Shown one piece after another: positions 8,573-18,272 of a DNA stretch of 64,000 nucleotides (within the stretch, counting starts at the first letter, position 1; every line of letters starts with the position of its first letter). Both the position numbers and the translations under genes were made by a program. Under the pieces are notes generated by a model. It searched no databases, was not told where the DNA came from, and was given only the letters and a program-made list of their open reading frames with translations. Source of the stretch: Candidatus Latescibacterota bacterium (lineage in GTDB: Bacteria; Latescibacterota; UBA2968; UBA8231); contig OZ241867.1 of assembly GCA_965203175.1 (NCBI GenBank), positions 928,001-992,000 of the forward strand. Reading direction: 5' to 3'.

Positions 8573-9385
8573 ATGGCGACGCTACAACTAAAGGTGCAGT
8601 ACTTCCAAGACAGCACGCCTTTAGAAGTGCCCTGCCGCGAGGAAAATTTCGTCGTGCGGGAACTGGATTTTGCCCTGCCAGTCGAGCAGACGGCGCTAGT
8701 ACTAATCGACCTGTGGAACGTGCATCACATCGATAGCTGGATCGAGCGCGCCGAGGCGGTGACTAAGGAAGTGATTGCGCCGCTCATCAGACGAGCGCGG
8801 GAATGCGACCTGACCATCGTGCAGGCACCCAGTCCCGGAGTGCTGGCCAATTTCCCGGATAAGTACGAGGTGTACCAAGGCTGCACGCCCGAGCCTGAAC
8901 CAGGGCCACCGCCGAGTTGGCCGCCGGCTGAGTTCCGCAACCGGCAGGGGGCGTATGCCTGTTTCCGGGGGCCGCGCAACCAAGAGCCGGGCATTGATCT
9001 TTATTGGCAGAGCCTAACAGGGCAACTCGATCTGTCGCCCCATATCGCCGTGGAGGAAGGGGATTTTGTCGTGGGCACCGGCCAGCAACTGCACGATTTG
9101 TGCCAGGAGCGCGGCATTCTGCACTTGCTTTTCGCTGGCTTTGCGACCAACTGGTGTATATTGGGCCGCGATTACGGCGTTCGCGCCATGCGCGGGCGAG
9201 GCTATAACACTATTTTGGTGCGGGACGCCACGGACGGAGTGGAATTTCCCGATACACTAGCGGCGCGGTGGGCCACGGAATTGGCCGTGCGCGAAGTTGA
9301 GCAAGTGCATGGCTTTTCTACCTCGACGGCCGATTTTTACGCCGCCTGCGCCGCCTCAGACTCACAGGAGAGTAAAGCACTATGA
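8573..9385 (+). CDS. Isochorismatase-family cysteine hydrolase (amidase)
   Basis: TALVLIDLWN, LLFAGFATNWCI, ILVRDAT; GAGGAG SD. Confidence 0.8.
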   Translation: MATLQLKVQYFQDSTPLEVPCREENFVVRELDFALPVEQTALVLIDLWNVHHIDSWIERAEAVTKEVIAPLIRRARECDLTIVQAPSPGVLANFPDKYEVYQGCTPEPEPGPPPSWPPAEFRNRQGAYACFRGPRNQEPGIDLYWQSLTGQLDLSPHIAVEEGDFVVGTGQQLHDLCQERGILHLLFAGFATNWCILGRDYGVRAMRGRGYNTILVRDATDGVEFPDTLAARWATELAVREVEQVHGFSTSTADFYAACAASDSQESKAL

Positions 9386-10299
9386 GTGAACCAGTCGTCT
9401 ATCTCAACGATGGCTTCGTCCCAGCTTCCCAGGCCCATCTCAATATCTACGATTTGGGGATCGTACTGGGGGCCACCCTGACCGAAATGACCCGCACGTT
9501 CAGACACGAGCCGTTTCGCTTGGAGGAACACGTGCGGCGGCTTTTGCGCTCGTGTAAATACGCCGGTATCGAGCTGTCACTGGACCACGAAGGATTGGTC
9601 GAATGCACGAGGGACTTGATCCAGACCAATAGCAAGCTGATCGGCCCCGAGCAGGATTTGGGAGTCGTCCACTTTGCAACGCCCGGGGAAAACCAGATCT
9701 ACGCCGGCAGCGCGGGGAAATCGGTGCGCCTGACACCCACGTTGTGCATCCACTCCTTTCCGCTGCCCTTTGCCGTGTGGCGGCCCTATTTTGAGCAGGG
9801 CATTCACGCGGTCACCCCCTCCATCCGCCACGTGCCACCCCAATGCGTTGACCCCAAGACCAAAAACCGCTCGCGCTTGCACTATTGGCTGGCCGACAAG
9901 CAGTCTCAGGCGGTCGATCCCGCTGCTACCTCGCTGCTGCTCGATTTGGACGGCAACCTCACCGAGTGCTCGGGGGCCAACTTCGTCGTGGTAGAAAACG
10001 ACACAATTTTTACGCCCACCAGCCGCAATATCCTAGAAGGGGTGAGTTTGGTGACGCTGCGAGAATTGGCACCCGAGTTGGGGCTGGGCTGGGTCGAGAA
10101 GAATTTACAGCCCTACGACGCGGTCAATGCAGACGAGGCTTGGTTGACCAGCACGCCCTATTGTCTGGCGCCGTGTACGCGCATCAACAATACACCCATT
10201 GGCGACGGGAAGCCTGGCCCTCTGTTCCATCGGGTGATGGAGGCGTGGAGCCAGCGAGTGGGGATGGATATTCTAGAGCAAATAAAAAACGCAGACTGA
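9382..10299 (+). CDS. Aminotransferase class IV (PLP fold type IV)
   Basis: VYLNDGFVP, FRLEEHVRRL, PLP lysine in KTKNRSR, ECSGANF, ILEGVS, ADEAWLTST. Confidence 0.9.
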   Translation: MSEPVVYLNDGFVPASQAHLNIYDLGIVLGATLTEMTRTFRHEPFRLEEHVRRLLRSCKYAGIELSLDHEGLVECTRDLIQTNSKLIGPEQDLGVVHFATPGENQIYAGSAGKSVRLTPTLCIHSFPLPFAVWRPYFEQGIHAVTPSIRHVPPQCVDPKTKNRSRLHYWLADKQSQAVDPAATSLLLDLDGNLTECSGANFVVVENDTIFTPTSRNILEGVSLVTLRELAPELGLGWVEKNLQPYDAVNADEAWLTSTPYCLAPCTRINNTPIGDGKPGPLFHRVMEAWSQRVGMDILEQIKNAD

Positions 10300-10323
10300 G
10301 CGGTGGCGCGGGGCGAACGCGGA

Positions 10324-11139
10324 TCAGTCCCAATCGACCTTCTGGTAGCGCTTTAGCAACTGTTGACCTTTTTCGGAGAGCGACTCGTAGGCAGCCTGCG
10401 GCATCTCGATGTTGTGCGCGATGGCGTACCAGTCGCGGCAATAGCAGACGACGAGCTCTGGACGCGGGTCTGGGGTGCGGTTGGGCGTGCCTCGGTGGAG
10501 GGTGCGCACGTCTTGGATCCACATTGATCCCTTTTTGAGGTTGAGGCGGTGGGCCGAGGGGAAGTGGCCCTTGAGGAGAATTTCGTCGTAACGCCCTTCG
10601 AGTTCTGGGTCGGCTATATACTGAGTCGAAGGAAGCACCTCAAAGCTGCCGTTTTCCTCCGAGGTCTCGACCAAGGGAAACTTGACGCCTACTATGGGAA
10701 CGGTTTCGAGGCCGACGTGGGGGATCTCGCGGGCGATGCCGGTGTCGCGGTGCCAGACTTGGAAGGCGCTCTCCGCGCAGGGGGTATTGGAGTGGTAGCA
10801 GGTGATGACGTAGCCGTCGGGGCGCCAGAAGCGATCGAGAAATTCTAAAATGACCGGGTGTTCGTAAATGGCCGGGTCGGCAAAGGGTTCGATCCACGGG
10901 ATGGTCAGGGTGTAGCGGTTGGTCGTCTGCAAGCGTCCCTGGCCGATGCGCGGGTCGCCGAGTTCGACATTAGACACCTCGGTTTCTCGCTCCTGGATGT
11001 GCGCCAGCAGTGGCAGGAATGCCTCGCGGATTCGGTCAATCTTTTCCTCGGGAATCATGTCCTCAAAGACGGCGTAGCCGTTGATCTTGAATTCGGCGAG
11101 CTTGAGGTCGAAATCTACATCGGCGCAGGTGAGGGTCAT
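10324..11139 (-). CDS. PhyH-family dioxygenase
   Basis: FKINGY, WHRD, ENGSFEVLPSTQ, LHRGTPN..RP. Confidence 0.85.
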   Translation of the reverse strand: MTLTCADVDFDLKLAEFKINGYAVFEDMIPEEKIDRIREAFLPLLAHIQERETEVSNVELGDPRIGQGRLQTTNRYTLTIPWIEPFADPAIYEHPVILEFLDRFWRPDGYVITCYHSNTPCAESAFQVWHRDTGIAREIPHVGLETVPIVGVKFPLVETSEENGSFEVLPSTQYIADPELEGRYDEILLKGHFPSAHRLNLKKGSMWIQDVRTLHRGTPNRTPDPRPELVVCYCRDWYAIAHNIEMPQAAYESLSEKGQQLLKRYQKVDWD

Positions 11140-11168
11140 GGCAATCTCCGTTCGTTTTGGTCTTGGTG

Positions 11169-11906
11169 CTACACTGAGTCCCCGGTGCTCCCCTTGAGAC
11201 AGTCCAGCAGTTGCGTGCCTCGGTCCATGAGCAGGTCGAGGTCCGACTTGAAGGTGAGGGCTTGGAAGCCTGCGGCTTTTTTGGCCGCAAAGTCCTCGGG
11301 GGAATACGTATTGCAACAGGGTTTTTTGCCGGCTGCAAGGGTTGTGGTGACAATCCGCTCCATCGCCGCCTGATAGGCGGGGTGCTGCTCGTAGCTGGAG
11401 CGATGGCGCGACAGGCCCATCGATAGCGCGAGGTCAACCGGCCCGACAAAGCAGCCATCGACGCCAGGCAGGGCCATGATTTCTTCGGCTTGCTCAACGG
11501 CGTCAATGTGTTCCATTTGCACTAGCAGCAAGGTCTCGTCATTGGCCTTTTCAAAGTAGTCGTCGCCGTAGTGGAGATAGTGGTCGCCGCCCAGCGAGCG
11601 CACCCCAGTGGGTGGGTACTTGGCGGCGCGGGCGACGGCTTGGGCCTCGGCGAGCGAGTTGACCATGGGCACGACGACCCCGCCCGCTCCTATATCGAGG
11701 GCTTTTTCCACTTCGCCGGGATTGCCGATGGAGGTGCGGATCAAGGGGCGAGCACCAGTCGGGCGGGCGGCGTAGATGCACTCATAGGCGGTTTCCCAAT
11801 TCATCGCACCGTGTTGGAGGTCGAGGACGATCCAGTCCCAGCCCATCAGCCCCAAGTAGCGGGAAATCGCCGGTTGGGGAATGGTCTGCCAGATGCCAAC
11901 ATCCAT
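11169..11906 (-). CDS. HpcH/HpaI aldolase family
   Basis: LDLQHG, LDIGAGGVVVPMVN, KYPP.G.RS, QMEH, FVGPVDL. Confidence 0.9.
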   Translation of the reverse strand: MDVGIWQTIPQPAISRYLGLMGWDWIVLDLQHGAMNWETAYECIYAARPTGARPLIRTSIGNPGEVEKALDIGAGGVVVPMVNSLAEAQAVARAAKYPPTGVRSLGGDHYLHYGDDYFEKANDETLLLVQMEHIDAVEQAEEIMALPGVDGCFVGPVDLALSMGLSRHRSSYEQHPAYQAAMERIVTTTLAAGKKPCCNTYSPEDFAAKKAAGFQALTFKSDLDLLMDRGTQLLDCLKGSTGDSV

Positions 11907-11909
11907 CGC

Positions 11910-12740
11910 CTAGAGGCCGATCTGCTCGGCGGGCGCGTTGGGCATGCCCGGATGCGAACCGCCAGCGTTCTTAGAGAGGTTGCCGCCGTCTAGGGGCAGC
12001 ATCGCGCCGGTGATCCAAGCCGAGGCGTCCGAGGCGAGAAAAATTGCCGCGCCCTTGATCTCGTCGGAGTCGCCGAGACGACCCATGGGGAGGCCGCGCA
12101 AATAGGTTTCGCCCAGCGTGGAATCCACAGCGATGCGCTCCTTTAGGTCCGCGTTCATTATCTGGGCGCAGACAATGGCGTTGACGCGCACGCCCTTGGC
12201 GGCCCACTCCGTGCTCAACTCGCGGGTCATCTGCGCGGCGGCCCCCATGCCCATGCTGTACGAGAGGTGACTGCGGCCCATGGCATTGATGCCGGCGATC
12301 GACACGAGGTTGATGATGCTGCCGCCATTGCCCGAATCCATCATGCGCCGGCCAGCCTCTTGGCAACAGACCAAGCGACCGACGACGAGATTTTGCAGGG
12401 TAAACTCGACCTCCTCGGGCGTCAGGTCGAGCGGCGTGTTGCGCCGCGCATTGCCGGCCACATTGCCCACGATGTCGATGCGGCCGTATTCTGCATCTAT
12501 TAATTCAAACATGGTGCGGATTTGATCGGGTTGCGACATATCGCACGTCACCGGCAGGACGCGGCGGCCCAAGGCTTCCATTTCGCGGGCCGCCGTGGCC
12601 AAACCGTCGGCATTGATGTCGGCTAAGACGAGGTCGGCTCCCGCTTCGGCAAAGCCGGTAGCCATGGCTTTGCCGAGGCCGCTGGCCGCACCGGAGACCA
12701 AGGCGACGCGGTTGGATAGGTCGAAAAGCGGATGGGACAT
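11910..12740 (-). CDS. SDR oxidoreductase, atypical (YxxxM)
   Basis: SGAASGLG, GRIDIVGNVAG, INLVSIAG, FLASDAS.WITG..LPLDGG. Confidence 0.9.
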   Translation of the reverse strand: MSHPLFDLSNRVALVSGAASGLGKAMATGFAEAGADLVLADINADGLATAAREMEALGRRVLPVTCDMSQPDQIRTMFELIDAEYGRIDIVGNVAGNARRNTPLDLTPEEVEFTLQNLVVGRLVCCQEAGRRMMDSGNGGSIINLVSIAGINAMGRSHLSYSMGMGAAAQMTRELSTEWAAKGVRVNAIVCAQIMNADLKERIAVDSTLGETYLRGLPMGRLGDSDEIKGAAIFLASDASAWITGAMLPLDGGNLSKNAGGSHPGMPNAPAEQIGL

Positions 12741-12871
12741 GACTGCCTCCTGATTTTATTTGGCTCAGAACATAGGGGCGCGGCTAGCAGCGGCCAAGCC
12801 CTGCCGCGCTTGCGGCGATTCGTTCGCCCGCTCTATATTTGCTGCCGCAAATTGAACCTACCGGGGCCGAC

Positions 12872-13273
12872 ATGACCACTGCCATAGACGGCTGGATACG
12901 CCAGTCGCAAGAGAAAATTTTAAACGGCGCGGGCGTTACTTTGCAGGACTTAGACGCGCTGCGAGATCTACAAAACGGCGGACAGCAGCACCTCCTCTAC
13001 ATCTGGGCCGAACAAGACCGCATCGACGCGGGCGTCATCGCGTGGAATTACTTCGGCCCCTTTGATAGCGAGTTCCGCTTCGACCCCAAAAACGAATGTC
13101 CGTATGCCAGCGCGGCTGCGGCCATGGCTGACGGGTGGCGGGTGGTGTCTTTTCCGGGAGTAGAATACCCGCTGGAAAATGCCCACAACCAACTCGGGTT
13201 CGAGTTTATCCTAGAGCGCTACTTCCAGCCCGGCGAGGGGTTGGATCACACGCCGCACGGCCAACGTCAATAA
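12872..13273 (+). CDS. Hypothetical protein (PhyH-associated)
   Basis: Clean ORF heading the divergent operon; PY.SA.AAMADGWRVV segment. Confidence 0.65.
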   Translation: MTTAIDGWIRQSQEKILNGAGVTLQDLDALRDLQNGGQQHLLYIWAEQDRIDAGVIAWNYFGPFDSEFRFDPKNECPYASAAAAMADGWRVVSFPGVEYPLENAHNQLGFEFILERYFQPGEGLDHTPHGQRQ

Positions 13274-13285
13274 ACGGAGGGGGCC

Positions 13286-14083
13286 ATGGAGGCCAACTGG
13301 AAAGAGCTCAAAAAAGAATTCTTCGACACCGGCTACGTCGTACTCGACGGCTGGATCGAGCCCGAGTTGGTGGAGCGGACCAAACAGGACGCCCACCAGT
13401 GCGGAGGCATCGACATCTTCGAGTGCGAGAGCATCGGCGATTTGCTCTGCCACGCCAAGGTCGTCGAATTCATCGCCTTCCTGCTGGAGACGCCGGAGGT
13501 GGCCATCAGCCCCTTCCGCTTCTGGAACCACCTTACGCAAGGCGGGCAAAGCGATGGCGGCGGCTGGCACGTGGACGACACCTATATGTCCGACCGACCG
13601 CTGACCGAGATCTTGTGTATGTACTACCCGCAGGACGTGGAGGAAGACATGGGGCCGACCATGCTGTTGCCCGGCAGCCACCGACGGCTCTACACGCCGC
13701 CGCAGACCGCCAAACTAGGCTGGATCCGCGGGCAGCAGAAAGTGGTCGTCAAGGCCGGTGCCCTCGCCGTGACCTTCCCCTCGATTCTCCACGCCCGCGC
13801 CGCGCACTTGTCCGCCAAGCCGCGCTCCATGATCAAATACGGCTACGAGGTCGCCGACCCCCAATACGGCTACTACCTGACCGAGCAGGCCTACCGCAAC
13901 TTCCGCCGCACCGAGTTAGGGCGCTCGCTGACAGAGCTAGCCGAGGTCAAAGACAAGGACGACGCGCTGTGGAACTCCTATTGGAAATCGCATCCAAGCT
14001 ATACTTTTCAAGACTTCAAGCACCAAATCGGCGTAGTCGGACGGCGGCTGCGCAAGCACCTCGACCACGAACAGATTAGCTAA
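13286..14083 (+). CDS. PhyH-family dioxygenase
   Basis: FFDTGYVVL, WHVD, MGPTMLLPGSH, ILHAR..PRSMIK. Confidence 0.85.
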   Translation: MEANWKELKKEFFDTGYVVLDGWIEPELVERTKQDAHQCGGIDIFECESIGDLLCHAKVVEFIAFLLETPEVAISPFRFWNHLTQGGQSDGGGWHVDDTYMSDRPLTEILCMYYPQDVEEDMGPTMLLPGSHRRLYTPPQTAKLGWIRGQQKVVVKAGALAVTFPSILHARAAHLSAKPRSMIKYGYEVADPQYGYYLTEQAYRNFRRTELGRSLTELAEVKDKDDALWNSYWKSHPSYTFQDFKHQIGVVGRRLRKHLDHEQIS

Positions 14084-14100
14084 CGACGAGGAGGGATTCG

Positions 14101-14472
14101 ATGGTACACAAAATCCACAAAATCGCGGTCATAACCGACGACATCGAAGGAGCGGTAGAGTTCTACACTCAAAAACTAGGGCTGACCGTGGTAGAGCGCT
14201 TTCACAACGACGACGACGAGGACTATGTCTTTCTCGACGCCGGCGGTATCCTGCTGGAACTCATGCCGCAAAAGAGCATGGGGCTGGACCCTGGTTTCCA
14301 CCATATCTCCTTTGATGTCGACAGCGTGGAAGACAGCGCACAGGAGTTGAAGGACAAGGGCGTCGCCATCACCAAAGAGCCTTTCGACGTTGGAGGGGGC
14401 ACCGGCATCACCTTGGGGTTTTTCGCGGGACCGAACCAACTGAACCTGCAACTCTTCCACCGCGAGAAATGA
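14101..14472 (+). CDS. VOC/glyoxalase family protein
   Basis: IHKIAVITDDIEGAVEFY, LEL, GFHHISFDVDSVE. Confidence 0.85.
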   Translation: MVHKIHKIAVITDDIEGAVEFYTQKLGLTVVERFHNDDDEDYVFLDAGGILLELMPQKSMGLDPGFHHISFDVDSVEDSAQELKDKGVAITKEPFDVGGGTGITLGFFAGPNQLNLQLFHREK

Positions 14473-14479
14473 GGTCGTC

Positions 14480-15298
14480 ATGCGCATAGCCAGAGCCGAC
14501 CGTGCAGACATGAAGGAACTGAGCGACGTCCACGGCGGAGCCGGGACGATCCTCTTCAACCGCCTGTGGGAACGCGGCGATTTCGCGACGCCCTTCGCTT
14601 TTGTCCACTGCGCGATCCTCCTACCCGGCAGCGGGATTGGCTACCACCGCCACGACGACAGCGAGGAGATTTTCATCGCCGTTGACAACGCCTCGCAGTT
14701 CACCCACAACGGACGCACGGCCGTAGTCGAGGGCGGGGCCGCAGTGCCGCTGCGCTCGGGCGAGATCCACGCCATCTACAACCACACCGACCGCGAGACC
14801 CGCTGGTTCAACGTCCACTGCGTGGTTCCCGGAGGCGATCCTAAATCGACCGACTTGGGAGACGATCGGGTCGGTGCTGAACTGGAATCCACCGACCGCC
14901 TGCCGGTGGGGCGGCTGGACCGCGGTGCGCTAAAATACGGCCAGGCGCATGGCGGTAAGGGCGAAGTCGGCGGCCGGCTTATCTGGGGGCCAGAGGATTT
15001 CCGCAGCAATTTTTACTGTTTGGCTCACTGTCTGTTGCCGCCGGACACCTCGCTCGGCTACCACCGCCACGAAGGCGTCGAGGAAGTTTATATCATCATC
15101 GAAGGCAGCGGGCGGATGACAGTAGATGATGAGACGCAGGAGGTCGCGCAGTGGGATGCGATTCCCAGCCGATTGGGGGGCAGCCACGGCCTCTATAACC
15201 ACACTCAAGAAAATCTCGAATTACTGGTCGTCGCCGTCTGCGCCGAGAAGGGGCAGTTCGACTCAACGGACCTCGGCGACGATCTAAGCCAACGCTAA
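14480..15298 (+). CDS. Bicupin protein
   Basis: Two GYHRH..EE / H.(I/L)YNHT cupin repeats. Confidence 0.85.
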   Translation: MRIARADRADMKELSDVHGGAGTILFNRLWERGDFATPFAFVHCAILLPGSGIGYHRHDDSEEIFIAVDNASQFTHNGRTAVVEGGAAVPLRSGEIHAIYNHTDRETRWFNVHCVVPGGDPKSTDLGDDRVGAELESTDRLPVGRLDRGALKYGQAHGGKGEVGGRLIWGPEDFRSNFYCLAHCLLPPDTSLGYHRHEGVEEVYIIIEGSGRMTVDDETQEVAQWDAIPSRLGGSHGLYNHTQENLELLVVAVCAEKGQFDSTDLGDDLSQR

Positions 15299-15315
15299 CA
15301 GAAAGGACTAGTCCT

Positions 15316-16098
15316 ATGGCATCCGTGAAAATCACCTTTATCGGCCACGCTTCTTTCCGCTTCGAGTCCGACAAAGGCTCGGTCACTTACTTCGACGCTT
15401 GGCTCGACGACAATCCCACCGCCAAGATGAAGCTCAGTCAGGTCAAAGAAGCCGATATCGTCATCGCCACCCACGGTCACAGCGACCACATCGGCGACTC
15501 CTATGAGATCTGCAAGCGCACCAAGGCCAAGTTCGTCGGCAACTACGAGCTTTGCTCGGTCGCCGAAGCCGTGCATGGACTCAAGATGGGCTCGCGGGCG
15601 CTGTCGCTGAATCCCGGCGGCGGGACCAAGGTCAAGGACGCCACGATTACCATGGTGCAGGCCCATCACTCGCAATCGCTATCGCCGCACGTCATCGGCG
15701 GCGAGTTGCCGGAGGGATTGCTTTTCCACCCCGACAGCGCGGTCAACGGTTTTATCGTTGCCTACGACAACGGCATTTCCATCTACGACACCTCCGACAC
15801 CTGCCTATTCAGCGATATGCAGCTCATCGGCCAGATGTACGGACCGCAGATCGCGATTATGCCAGTGGGCGGGCAGTACACCATGGGGATCCGCGAGGCA
15901 GCGCGCGCGGCGAGCCTGATTCGCCCCGACATCGTCATTCCCTGCCACTACGGGCCGATTATGAATCAGCCGGCCGACATCAGCGCGTTGAGCGAAGCGG
16001 TACAATTCCTCTCGCCGAATACGCAGGTGGTAGAGATGCAGCCTGGGCAGACGCTGACCTATACGGCGAGTAGCTATCGGGTTAGGGGCCGCAAGTAG
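15316..16098 (+). CDS. Metallo-beta-lactamase-fold metal-dependent hydrolase (UPF0173-like)
   Basis: GHASF, THGHSDHIGD, AHHS, DTCLFSDM, IPCHY. Confidence 0.9.
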   Translation: MASVKITFIGHASFRFESDKGSVTYFDAWLDDNPTAKMKLSQVKEADIVIATHGHSDHIGDSYEICKRTKAKFVGNYELCSVAEAVHGLKMGSRALSLNPGGGTKVKDATITMVQAHHSQSLSPHVIGGELPEGLLFHPDSAVNGFIVAYDNGISIYDTSDTCLFSDMQLIGQMYGPQIAIMPVGGQYTMGIREAARAASLIRPDIVIPCHYGPIMNQPADISALSEAVQFLSPNTQVVEMQPGQTLTYTASSYRVRGRK

Positions 16099-16234
16099 CA
16101 TCGACTTTCAGGCCAACGACCTCAATGCGGTAATTCGCAAATCCTCGTACCGAAGTGCTCGCGGAAAGCTCCCACGTCCTCATCGTCCACTACTTGGGAT
16201 CTGATATTTTCTAGCACAGGCAGGAGGAAGAGAT

Positions 16235-17152
16235 ATGCCATCACGCCAAGTCTATATTTCCGGACAGTTGGTCCCGGAAGAGGACGCAAAGATTTCAATT
16301 TTCGACACCGCTGTGACTCTGGGCGATACAGTTACCGAATCGACGCGGACGTTCGCGCACCGGCCGTTCAAGCTGGACCGGCACATCGAACGGCTGTACA
16401 TGTCGCTCAAGGTGACGCGGATCGACCCAGGGTGCAATCCGGAGGAACTGAAGAGAATCACTCTGGATCTGCTGGAGGCCAATCTGGCCCTGATCGGTCC
16501 AGATGAGGAGTACTGGATCGTGCACAACATATCCCGCGGTCGCTTTGTGCCCGGTCCCGATCCCACCGTACAATCAGGTGCGGCGACCGTGATGATCAAC
16601 AACTCGCCCCTCGATCTGCGCGGCTGGGCCTCCTTTTACAGCGCCGGCTGCCACGCCGTGACCGCAATGAGCCGGATGATTCCCTCCCAGTCTTTGGATG
16701 CGCGCGTGAAAAATCGCAGTCGGATGGCGTATACGCTCGCGGAGATAGAGGTAAAACTGGTCGATCCAGCGGCGCAGGGCATCATTCTGGATATCCACGG
16801 AAACGTGGGCGAGAACAAGGGTGGTAATGTCTTTGTCGTGAGCAACGGGGAGCTGCGCACCCCAACAGCGCAAAACTGCCTGGCCGGGATCAGTCGGGAG
16901 ACAGTTCTGGAGCTGGCCGCGCAGCTAGGCATTCCAGCTCGAGAAATGGAGTTGCAGCCGTACGACCTCTATACGGCCGACGAGCTCTTCTTCACGAGCA
17001 CACCGTACTGCATTATGCCAGCCACCCTGTTCAACGGCCTGCCAGTGGGCGACGGCCAGGTGGGAGCGGTGGCTAGGCGGCTGCTAGGGGCGTGGAGTGA
17101 ACAAGTGGGAGTCGATATCGCGAAGCAAGCCGAAGAGCAGATGAACGATTGA
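16235..17152 (+). CDS. Aminotransferase class IV, second paralog
   Basis: FKLDRHIERL, RVKNRSR, ENKGGNVF, LAGISRE, ADELFFTST. Confidence 0.9.
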   Translation: MPSRQVYISGQLVPEEDAKISIFDTAVTLGDTVTESTRTFAHRPFKLDRHIERLYMSLKVTRIDPGCNPEELKRITLDLLEANLALIGPDEEYWIVHNISRGRFVPGPDPTVQSGAATVMINNSPLDLRGWASFYSAGCHAVTAMSRMIPSQSLDARVKNRSRMAYTLAEIEVKLVDPAAQGIILDIHGNVGENKGGNVFVVSNGELRTPTAQNCLAGISRETVLELAAQLGIPAREMELQPYDLYTADELFFTSTPYCIMPATLFNGLPVGDGQVGAVARRLLGAWSEQVGVDIAKQAEEQMND

Positions 17153-17227
17153 CCGGGGACTTTCAAAGGGCGCGTCCGCGACGTGGACCAGTGGTGCTGC
17201 CTAGTTGATCGACACCAGGAGACCGCA

Positions 17228-18256
17228 ATGACATTTGCAAACATGCTGAGGGCCGTCCACTATCAGGACGTGGACCCCGGGACTCAGTGGATCAAGGACG
17301 CCGCCGTCGCCGTCGATTCCAACGGACCGCTCGATGCAGACCGCACCCTCACTCCGAATGTGGTCAAAATGGACGGCGGATACCGCATGTACTATCACGG
17401 CTTCGGGCCGGAGCGTCCAAACGCGGCTTCAAAGGGGTACATCCTCAGTGCCTTCTCCACCGATGCCGAGCAGTGGGAGAAGGAGCCGGGCGTCAGAATG
17501 GATGCGGGCGGAGAGGGTGCCGAACACTACATCTGGAGCCCGGACGTCATTCCGCTAGTGGATGGCCGCTACCGCATGTACTACGAGGGGAAGACCGAAA
17601 AGGGGGACGGCCAAGTCAAGGCCGCAATTGTGAGTGCTGTTTCCGCCGACGGTCTGGTCTGGGAACGGGAGCCGGGCCTGCGCCTAGCCGGAGAAAGCGT
17701 CTCCTATCTGGCACCTCGCTGTCTCCACCTCGACCCGGTCGCAGAAAAGGGCGGCTCCCGCTTTCGCCTCTACGCCAGTGCCTATCCCTATCCGGATGTT
17801 GCTGGCAACAAAAAGATCGTCAGCGCCGTATCAGAAGATGGTCTAGTATTCCAGTTGGAGCCCGGTGTTCGCATACCCCAAGATCAATCGCTGGAAAGTT
17901 ATGCAGTCTACGCCCCGGAGGTTTTGCGCCTAGGCGAGGGCGGCTTCCGCATGTACTACGCAGGCTGGACGTCGGCTCCAGAGGTCCCCCGTGGGTCAAA
18001 GTATCACGGCAGAATCTTCAGCGCATTTTCCGCGAACGGACTGCAGTGGGTCAAAGATCCGGGAATCTGCATTGACAATGGAGGACCATGGGACGCAGCC
18101 AAGGCTTCAGAGCCGTGTGTGATTGACCTTCCCGACGGCCGCTTCCGCATGTTCTACGAAGCCTGCGATCTCGACGGACGCTGGCGCATTGCCAGCGCGA
18201 CTTCGGTTGCATCTACCGCGCCAAGGACCATCCATACAACAAGCAATCACCCATAG
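17228..18256 (+). CDS. Beta-propeller glycoside-hydrolase-like protein (GH43/32/130 clan-like repeats)
   Basis: Repeated P.V....G.YRMYY / SA.S.DG..W..EPG.R blades. Confidence 0.65.
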   Translation: MTFANMLRAVHYQDVDPGTQWIKDAAVAVDSNGPLDADRTLTPNVVKMDGGYRMYYHGFGPERPNAASKGYILSAFSTDAEQWEKEPGVRMDAGGEGAEHYIWSPDVIPLVDGRYRMYYEGKTEKGDGQVKAAIVSAVSADGLVWEREPGLRLAGESVSYLAPRCLHLDPVAEKGGSRFRLYASAYPYPDVAGNKKIVSAVSEDGLVFQLEPGVRIPQDQSLESYAVYAPEVLRLGEGGFRMYYAGWTSAPEVPRGSKYHGRIFSAFSANGLQWVKDPGICIDNGGPWDAAKASEPCVIDLPDGRFRMFYEACDLDGRWRIASATSVASTAPRTIHTTSNHP

Positions 18257-18272
18257 CCAAAGGAGCACCGCC

